Source of the DNA: an uncultured bacterium
GTDB taxonomy: Bacteria; Actinomycetota; Acidimicrobiia; Spongiisociales; UBA5794
Length of the DNA: 64,000 nucleotides
Direction: 5' to 3'
Assembly: GCA_963801165.1 (NCBI GenBank)
Contig: CAWDDT010000011.1
Span: 192,001-256,000, forward strand
In this document: positions 57,956 to 64,000 of the stretch, one piece after another
How the letters are laid out: every line of letters begins with the position of its first letter
Numbering within the stretch: position 1 is the first letter of the stretch
The notes under the pieces: generated by a model
The model's database searches: none
What the model was told of the DNA's origin: nothing
The model's input: the letters and a program-made list of their open reading frames with translations, nothing else
Translations under genes and position numbers: made by a program

Positions 57956-58608
57956 CCCACCTCCCTGGATGACCCGTATGGGCCGAAGGCGGGGATAGGG
58001 AGGAAGGAGCCTTCGGTCCCGGCGACGCCCCAATCGAAGGATCGCTTGCCACCGAAGAGTTGCTGCATCTCGTCGCCGTTGACCACGTCGGGGCCACCGT
58101 CGCGCAGCCAACGGACCAGCTCACGGGCCTTGTCCGGGGTGACACCCTCGATCATCTCGTAGTTGACCAGGACCACCGGGGCGCCGCCGCAGGCACCGTT
58201 GCATTCGACGTGCTCGACAGAGAACTTGCCGGCGCCACCGGTCTCGCCGTCGGGCACTCCCGATTCGTCTTCGATCGCGGCCAGGACGTCGTCGGCACCA
58301 ACCAGGAAGCACGAGATGGAAGTACACACCGACACCAGGTAGTCGCCGAGCTCCTCGCGTTTGTACATCGAGTAGAAGCTGGCAACGGATTGCACCTGGG
58401 CGCCGGTTAGCCCGGTCAGCACCCCGACCGCCTTCATCCCTGCCGCGGTCACGTATCCATGCTCGAGCATCGCGATGTATAGCAGAGGCATCACCGCCGA
58501 GCGGCGCACCGGGTACTTCCCCAGAATCTCGGCGGCGAGCCGCTGCGAGTCCTCGCTCCAGTCGCGGATCGCCTCGAGCTCCGCTGCCGTCAATTCGACT
58601 GCCTTCAT
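57952..58608 (-). CDS. nuoE: NADH-quinone oxidoreductase subunit E
   Basis: RSAVMPLL, VASFYSMY, CTSISC, ECNGAC. Confidence 0.95.
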   Translation of the reverse strand: MKAVELTAAELEAIRDWSEDSQRLAAEILGKYPVRRSAVMPLLYIAMLEHGYVTAAGMKAVGVLTGLTGAQVQSVASFYSMYKREELGDYLVSVCTSISCFLVGADDVLAAIEDESGVPDGETGGAGKFSVEHVECNGACGGAPVVLVNYEMIEGVTPDKARELVRWLRDGGPDVVNGDEMQQLFGGKRSFDWGVAGTEGSFLPIPAFGPYGSSREVG

Positions 58609-60041
58609 CGGTCCACATCTCCCAGGACGGGGTCGGTCGATGCGATGGTGGCCACGATGTCGGCGACGAGGGAGCCGGTCATCATGGTGGGGAGGGCCTG
58701 CACGTGATTGAAGGACGGCGTTCTGGCGTGCAGCCGCCAGGGTTTCTCCCGTCCGTCCGAGACGATGTACATGCCGAGCTCGCCGCGAGGCGATTCGACC
58801 GCGGCGTAGGTCTCGCCTGCAGGAACCTTATAGCCGCTGGTAAACAACTTGAAGTGGTGGATCAGCGCCTCCATGGATTCGTCGATCCGTTTCCGGGGCG
58901 GCGGGGTGATCTTGCGGTCGAGGGTGCGGTAATCGCCTGCGGGCATCGTCTCCAGCACCTGCCGCACGATACCGAAAGACTGTTTCATCTCCTCCATCCG
59001 CACCAGGTAGCGGTCCCAGACATCGCCGTGCTTCCCCACGGGAACCTCGAAGTCGTACTTGTCGACCCCGCTATACGGCAAGGCCTTGCGGAGATCCCAT
59101 TTGATACCGGAGGCGCGGGCAATCGGGCCCGTGACGCCGAGAGCCCGGCACTCCTCAGGGGTGATGACCCCGACGCCCATGGTCCGATCCTGGAAGATGG
59201 GGTTGCCGTTGAACAGCTCTTCGTATTCACCGATCCCCTGCCCGACCTTGTCGATGAGGGTCTCGATGTCGTCTTCCCAACCGTCGGGGAGGTCGGCGGC
59301 CACGCCACCGGGCCGGATGTAGTTGTGGTTCATCCGCAGACCGGTCGTCTTCTCGAAGAAATCGAGGATGTACTCCCGATCGCGGAAACCGTAGATGAGC
59401 ATCGATACGGCGCCGAGGTCGGTGCACTGGGTGGCGGCCCAGACCAGGTGGCTGGAGACCCGGTTCAACTCGGTCATGAGCACCCGGATCGCCTGGGCAC
59501 GCTCGGGTATCTCGATGCCCAGCAGCGATTCAACCGCCAGCGAGAAAGCAAGCTCCATGTGCAGCGGAGAAAGGTAGTCCATCCGGGTGACGTTGGTGGC
59601 GCCCTGCATGTAGGTCAGCGTCTCACCGGTCTTCTCCATGCCGGTGTGGAGGTACCCGATGATCGGCTTGACCCGGCGGATCGTCTCCCCGTCCAGCTCG
59701 AGTTGGAGACGGAGCACGCCATGGGTGGAGGGATGCTGCGGGCCCATGTTGAGGATCTGGAGCTCGTCAGGATCCGTGGCCTCTTCGAATTCGAAGTCGT
59801 CGTCGACAACCGTGCCCCGGGACAGCCGTAGCGCCGGGTCGCTGCCGGCGTCGAGCATCTCCTGCGACTGCTCGTCGGTGTAGTTGCCCATCCATTCCGG
59901 CTCTTCGGTACCGGCCACCCACAGGTCGTGGAGGTGGCGGCGCTCCTCGGCGCCGATCGACTCTGAGGTGCCGACTTCCTCCGGCTTGTCGATGCCGGTC
60001 GCCTCGAAATCTCCGGTTACTACGTTCGGCGTGTCACTCAT
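58605..60041 (-). CDS. nuoD: NADH-quinone oxidoreductase subunit D (complete cluster) with acidic N-terminal extension
   Basis: NMGPQHPSTHGVLRL, GYLHTGMEK, ESPRGELG, GDVDR. Confidence 0.95.
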   Translation of the reverse strand: MSDTPNVVTGDFEATGIDKPEEVGTSESIGAEERRHLHDLWVAGTEEPEWMGNYTDEQSQEMLDAGSDPALRLSRGTVVDDDFEFEEATDPDELQILNMGPQHPSTHGVLRLQLELDGETIRRVKPIIGYLHTGMEKTGETLTYMQGATNVTRMDYLSPLHMELAFSLAVESLLGIEIPERAQAIRVLMTELNRVSSHLVWAATQCTDLGAVSMLIYGFRDREYILDFFEKTTGLRMNHNYIRPGGVAADLPDGWEDDIETLIDKVGQGIGEYEELFNGNPIFQDRTMGVGVITPEECRALGVTGPIARASGIKWDLRKALPYSGVDKYDFEVPVGKHGDVWDRYLVRMEEMKQSFGIVRQVLETMPAGDYRTLDRKITPPPRKRIDESMEALIHHFKLFTSGYKVPAGETYAAVESPRGELGMYIVSDGREKPWRLHARTPSFNHVQALPTMMTGSLVADIVATIASTDPVLGDVDR

Positions 60042-60532
60042 GTTGTCTTTGGTGATTCCTTGAAGCGGACCGGCACGGAGCCAACACCGTAGTCCTTGCG
60101 TAGCGGATAGCCCTCCCAGTCGTCGGGGAGGACGATACGGGTCAGGTCCGGATGCCCGGAGAACACGATGCCGAACAGATCGAAGGCTTCCCGCTCGTAG
60201 AAGTTGGCCCCGGGAAAGATCTCCGTGATCGAGGGAACGGTGGGATCCGCCGCAGGTACGCCGACCCTGATCCGCAGGCGGCACACATGCTCGTGCGAGA
60301 GCAGGTTGAGGACCACCTCGAACCGCGGCTTGCGGTGGAGGTAGTCGACACCACACAGGTCGGCGAACACGTTGAAGCCGACGTCGCGGGCCGCAGTGAC
60401 GAGGGGGACGTACTGCTCCAAAGATGGGCGAGCGACGTCCTGGTTGGAGTCGAGCACCTGCTCGAACGCGACGTCGGGAAAGCGGCCGCTGAGCCGGGTG
60501 ACCACGTCCTGGCTCATCCCGTCCTGGCTCAT
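60038..60532 (-). CDS. nuoC: NADH-quinone oxidoreductase subunit C (complete cluster)
   Basis: [35 protein letters not shown]. Confidence 0.93.
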   Translation of the reverse strand: MSQDGMSQDVVTRLSGRFPDVAFEQVLDSNQDVARPSLEQYVPLVTAARDVGFNVFADLCGVDYLHRKPRFEVVLNLLSHEHVCRLRIRVGVPAADPTVPSITEIFPGANFYEREAFDLFGIVFSGHPDLTRIVLPDDWEGYPLRKDYGVGSVPVRFKESPKTT

Positions 60533-60999
60533 CGTACGATCTCCCCGGCCATCACTTTGTCTTGAAGCATGAGGATGCCGTGCATCAACGACTGCGGTCC
60601 TGGAGGGCACCCGGGAACGTAGACGTCGACGGGAACCACCTCGTCCACACCCTGGACGAGGGCGTAGTTGTTGAACATGCCACCCGTCGACGCACACGCG
60701 CCCATGGAGATGACCCACTTCGGCTCGGACATCTGGTCATATACCTGACGCAGCACCGGCGCCATCTTCTGCGACACGCGGCCTGCGACGATCATCAGAT
60801 CCGCCTGGCGTGGCGAAGCCCGGAAAACCTCCATGCCGAAGCGAGCTAGGTCGTTGTGGGCAGCACCAGTCGCCATCATCTCGATGGCACAACAAGCGAG
60901 GCCAAAGGTCGCAGCCCACATGGATCGGGTTCGAGTCCAGTTGATTGCGGCCTCGTAGGTGGTGAGGAGGAACCCCGAGGGACCGGATCTATGCGCCAT
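60529..60999 (-). CDS. nuoB: NADH-quinone oxidoreductase subunit B (complete cluster)
   Basis: [28 protein letters not shown]. Confidence 0.95.
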   Translation of the reverse strand: MAHRSGPSGFLLTTYEAAINWTRTRSMWAATFGLACCAIEMMATGAAHNDLARFGMEVFRASPRQADLMIVAGRVSQKMAPVLRQVYDQMSEPKWVISMGACASTGGMFNNYALVQGVDEVVPVDVYVPGCPPGPQSLMHGILMLQDKVMAGEIVR

Positions 61000-61440
61000 C
61001 TATGCCGCTTCCTCCCCCGAGTCGCCACCGACGACAGACTCGGTCGGTGCGACTACCCGACGGTAACGCTGCCGCTGGGCCACGTTCCAGTCGAGAGCTC
61101 CTCGCTTCCAGACGTAGACCAGGGTCTCGATCACCAGCGCCACGAAGATGCCCATGGCCCCGATGCCTGCCCAGCCGAATTCCTGCCAGCGGACCGCCCA
61201 CGCAAACAGGAAGATGATCTCCACATCGAAGATGACAAAGAGCATCGCCACCAGATAGAACTTGACCGGGAACCGCTGGGCCGGCTCTTGGAGAGGGACG
61301 ATGCCGCACTCGTAGGGAGCGAGTTTCTCAGGCGTGGGCTTCTTGGGAGCCACCAGCCGCGAGATGGTGAGGCTGATGACGGCGAACCCTGCGGCCACGA
61401 CAAAGGCGATCGCGATCGGCAGATAGTCGGACAATGTCAT
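61000..61440 (-). CDS. nuoA: NADH-quinone oxidoreductase subunit A (complete cluster)
   Basis: PYECG, RFPVKFYLVAMLFVIFDVE, WKRGALDW. Confidence 0.95.
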   Translation of the reverse strand: MTLSDYLPIAIAFVVAAGFAVISLTISRLVAPKKPTPEKLAPYECGIVPLQEPAQRFPVKFYLVAMLFVIFDVEIIFLFAWAVRWQEFGWAGIGAMGIFVALVIETLVYVWKRGALDWNVAQRQRYRRVVAPTESVVGGDSGEEAA

Positions 61441-61496
61441 TGCTCAGCTACTCCTTCCGGCTCGCAAGACTAGGAATCTCTCCGCGGCCATACAAA

Positions 61497-61560
61497 GCTA
61501 GTCCGCTGCGTCGCTAGTCCGCTGCGTCGCTAGTCCGCTGCGTCGCTAGTCCGCTGCGTC
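61497..61560. repeat. 16-bp tandem repeat (gctagtccgctgcgtc) x4
   Basis: Four perfect copies, between nuoA and a putative minus-strand TAGGCT -10 at 61563-61568. Confidence 0.95.
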
Positions 61561-61690
61561 ACAGCCTATTGGTAACGAGCCGGGTGTGCTGACGGTCGCT
61601 CGCGTCCCGCGTGAGCTCGCCGGCTGGAGTTCTTAGAGCCGCAACCAAAGAGCACACGCGCAGGCAGCTCTGTCTATAGAGTCTCCTGCG

Positions 61691-63004
61691 ATGACCGGAT
61701 CGGTGTCTCAGCAGCACACCTCGCTGCGCTCGTTTTTCGTGGTGTGGGCGGGACAACTCGTCTCGATCACCGGGACGACGATGTCGGCGTTCGGTCTCCA
61801 GCTCTTTGTGTACTCCGAGACCGGGTCGGTCACCCGGCTGACCTTTGTCGCTCTCGCCGCCACCATCCCCGCCGTTGTCCTGGCCCCCGTTGCCGGTTCC
61901 GTCGCGGACCGGCTCAACCGGCGGTTGGTGATGCTGGCGTCGGACACCCTGGGGGGCATAGCAACCTTGGGTCTGTTCTGGCTACACGTCACCGGGAACC
62001 TACAGATCTGGCACATCTACGTCGCGGCCCTCGCCGGCTCAGTCGCCAACACGTTTCAAGAGCCGGCCTGGCAGGCGTCCATCCCGGTTCTGGTTCCCAA
62101 GGCGCAACTCGCCAGGGCCAACGGGCTCGTTCAGCTCAACCAGGGTGTGTCTATCGTCCTCGCCCCGGCTATGGCGGGAGCGCTGCTGGCTACGTTTGGT
62201 CTCGGAGGAGTACTGATCGCCGACGCCGTCTCGTTCCTCGCGGGTGTCGGGACACTCGCGGCGGTGCGTTTCCCGCCGTTCCGCGCCAGAGACACCGGAG
62301 CCCGGTCGGTGCGGGACGATGCCAGCTTTGCCTGGCGCTACCTGCGTGAGCGGCCCGGTCTGTTCGGGTTGTTGTGGATCTACAGTGGTGTCAACTTCAT
62401 GCTCTCGATGACCAACGTGCTCATCATCCCGCTCATCTTGTCCTTCTCGACGGAGGCCGCGGCGGGGACCATCCTGTCGCTGGCCGGGTTCGGGGCGGTT
62501 GTAGGGAGTGTCGCAGTTGGTGCTCTCGGTGTCCCCAAGCGTCTACTCCCCACCATCATGGGTGGCATATTCCTGACAGGGATCATCCTCGTCCTCGGCG
62601 GCAGCCGGGCATCGCTGGTCGTCATCGGCACCGCGACAGTGTTGTTGCTGTTGTTCAACCCGATCGTCAACAGCGCCAGCCAGGTGATCTGGCAGACCAA
62701 GGTCGAGGAAGGAGTCCAGGGGAGGGTCTTCTCGCTACGGCGGATGATCAGCCAGGCGGTGTCACCAATGGCGATCCTGCTTGCGGGACCTCTTGCCGAC
62801 CACGCCTTCGAGCCGCTCCTCGCCCCCGATGGGGGGCTCGCAGGCAGCGTCGGTGTGCTGATCGGGGTCGGCCCGGGCCGGGGCATCGGCTTGCTGTATG
62901 TCGTCGCCGGTCTCGGGACCATGGTGCTGGCGGTGGTGGGATGGTCCCGTCGGCACATTCGCAACATCGAGACCGAGCTGCCCGATCTGGCCGGGCGCGA
63001 TTGA
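61691..63004 (+). CDS. MFS transporter (DHA3/MefA-like)
   Basis: WAGQLVS..G, GSVADRLNRR motif A, QGRVFSL; about 12 TM. Confidence 0.92.
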   Translation: MTGSVSQQHTSLRSFFVVWAGQLVSITGTTMSAFGLQLFVYSETGSVTRLTFVALAATIPAVVLAPVAGSVADRLNRRLVMLASDTLGGIATLGLFWLHVTGNLQIWHIYVAALAGSVANTFQEPAWQASIPVLVPKAQLARANGLVQLNQGVSIVLAPAMAGALLATFGLGGVLIADAVSFLAGVGTLAAVRFPPFRARDTGARSVRDDASFAWRYLRERPGLFGLLWIYSGVNFMLSMTNVLIIPLILSFSTEAAAGTILSLAGFGAVVGSVAVGALGVPKRLLPTIMGGIFLTGIILVLGGSRASLVVIGTATVLLLLFNPIVNSASQVIWQTKVEEGVQGRVFSLRRMISQAVSPMAILLAGPLADHAFEPLLAPDGGLAGSVGVLIGVGPGRGIGLLYVVAGLGTMVLAVVGWSRRHIRNIETELPDLAGRD

Positions 63005-63040
63005 TCGCCGGACGCGGGGGGTCCCCGGTACCCTGATCGG

Positions 63041-63733
63041 GTGACCGCTTCCCCACACATCGGCACACTTCGCGAAACACCACTACACGCCGCGCTGAAG
63101 CAGTGGTGTGCGGAGCCGGGAGATCGGTTCGAGGTCGCCGTCGACCGGTATGTCGTGGATGTGGTTCGCGACGATCTCCTCATCGAGATCCAGACGAGCG
63201 GGTTCTCATCCATGCGCAAGAAGCTGAGCCGGTTGCTCGAGCTCGACCATCACGTGCTCGTGGTACACCCGATCGCCGTCACCAAGACGATCGTCAGGCT
63301 CGGCACCGAGGGCGAGATCCTCGGCCGGCGCCGGTCGCCAAAACACCGCAGCATTCTCGACGTGTTTGCGGAGCTGGTGGCCATTCCCGAGCTCGTCGCC
63401 CATCGCGGTCTCGAGATCCGGTTGGTGCTCACCATCGAGGACGAGTACCGGGCCCACGACCCGGAGCGCGCCTGGAGACGGAAGGGCTGGGTGGTTCAGG
63501 AGCGCCGCCTGGTCGAGATCGACGACGTCGTCGATCTGCGCGGACCCGACGACCTTGCTGCGCTACTGCCCGCCGACCTCCCCGACCGCTTCACCACCGC
63601 GGATGTCTCACATCGGACCGGGTGCTCTCGGCGTACGGCCCAGCAGATGACCTACTGCTTGCGCAAGCTGTCCGTTATCGAGATGACCGGCAAGCAGGGC
63701 CGATCGATCGAGTACCGACGCGTCCAGGCGTAG
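63041..63733 (+). CDS. Conserved hypothetical protein, PD-(D/E)xK-like nuclease motif plus C-terminal winged HTH
   Basis: IGTLRETPLHAALK, VDVV...LIEIQT, FTTADV...AQQMTYCLRKL. TACCCT lies 6 nt before the GTG. Confidence 0.65.
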   Translation: MTASPHIGTLRETPLHAALKQWCAEPGDRFEVAVDRYVVDVVRDDLLIEIQTSGFSSMRKKLSRLLELDHHVLVVHPIAVTKTIVRLGTEGEILGRRRSPKHRSILDVFAELVAIPELVAHRGLEIRLVLTIEDEYRAHDPERAWRRKGWVVQERRLVEIDDVVDLRGPDDLAALLPADLPDRFTTADVSHRTGCSRRTAQQMTYCLRKLSVIEMTGKQGRSIEYRRVQA

Positions 63734-63739
63734 CGGGTT

Positions 63740-64000
63740 TCATTTGAGCAGCGGGTCCGGGGCGATCTTGACGATGCGCTCGACGGCCCCGTAGATGCGC
63801 TCCGAGAGGCCCCGCTCCTCCGGCTCGAGAAGGTTGGCCATCACCTTGAGCGCCCACTCCATCAGCGGCCGGCTCCTCATCCCCAGGAACGTAAACGTCT
63901 TCATCATGGTCGGGTGACCGATGACCATGACAAAACGGCGCGCCACCCGCTGGTAGTCGTCGAAGATGTCGTCGAGCTCCTGGGTGTATCCCTGGAGCAC
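63740..64000 (-). CDS. C-terminus of a geranylgeranyl reductase family protein (MenJ-like), truncated by the window edge
   Basis: YQRVARRFVMVIGHPTMM...GM....LM...LKVMANL resembles actinobacterial GGR C-termini, which commonly precede nuoA. Confidence 0.6.
   Translation of the reverse strand: MLQGYTQELDDIFDDYQRVARRFVMVIGHPTMMKTFTFLGMRSRPLMEWALKVMANLLEPEERGLSERIYGAVERIVKIAPDPLLK

Noticed and set aside
60506-60532. Short duplication giving MSQDG-MSQD at the nuoC start; also a 12-bp ATLA duplication near 8290
   Set aside because: Small in-frame slippage events with no evident function.

Overview
High-GC actinobacterial chromosome segment; gene content suggests class Acidimicrobiia (inference). 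The left end holds a tRNA-Tyr/Thr/Met-tuf-rpmG-hadA-like cluster and htpX. The window carries two minus-strand complex I operons: an 11-subunit nuoABCDHIJKLMN cluster without E/F/G (18.1-28.4 kb) and a complete nuoA-N cluster (46.3-61.4 kb). Accessory genes include an S8 protease, iolG, a class-III aminotransferase/kinase-like/C69 operon, a corrinoid protein, a MidA/NDUFAF7 methyltransferase, MMPL, SLH proteins, ThiI, BON-OmpA and an MFS transporter. The most notable signals are non-genic. (1) A small DUF559/Vsr-like endonuclease gene (41048-41398) is bracketed by inverted arrays of a palindromic repeat that is also scattered through other intergenic spaces, resembling REP/RAYT but with a different nuclease. 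(2) A related palindromic repeat sits in sense orientation at four gene junctions (uORF-midA, nuoJ-K, nuoI-J, nuoE-F). At each, the insert is an open 'relay' ORF that starts on the upstream stop codon and stops on the downstream start codon; at the three nuo junctions the repeat hairpin also carries the downstream Shine-Dalgarno. (3) tuf has a strong G/T third-position bias. (4) The MidA target arginine is present only in NuoD of the 11-subunit complex, and NuoG lacks the N7 cluster ligands. No CRISPR array, transposase or prophage was seen.
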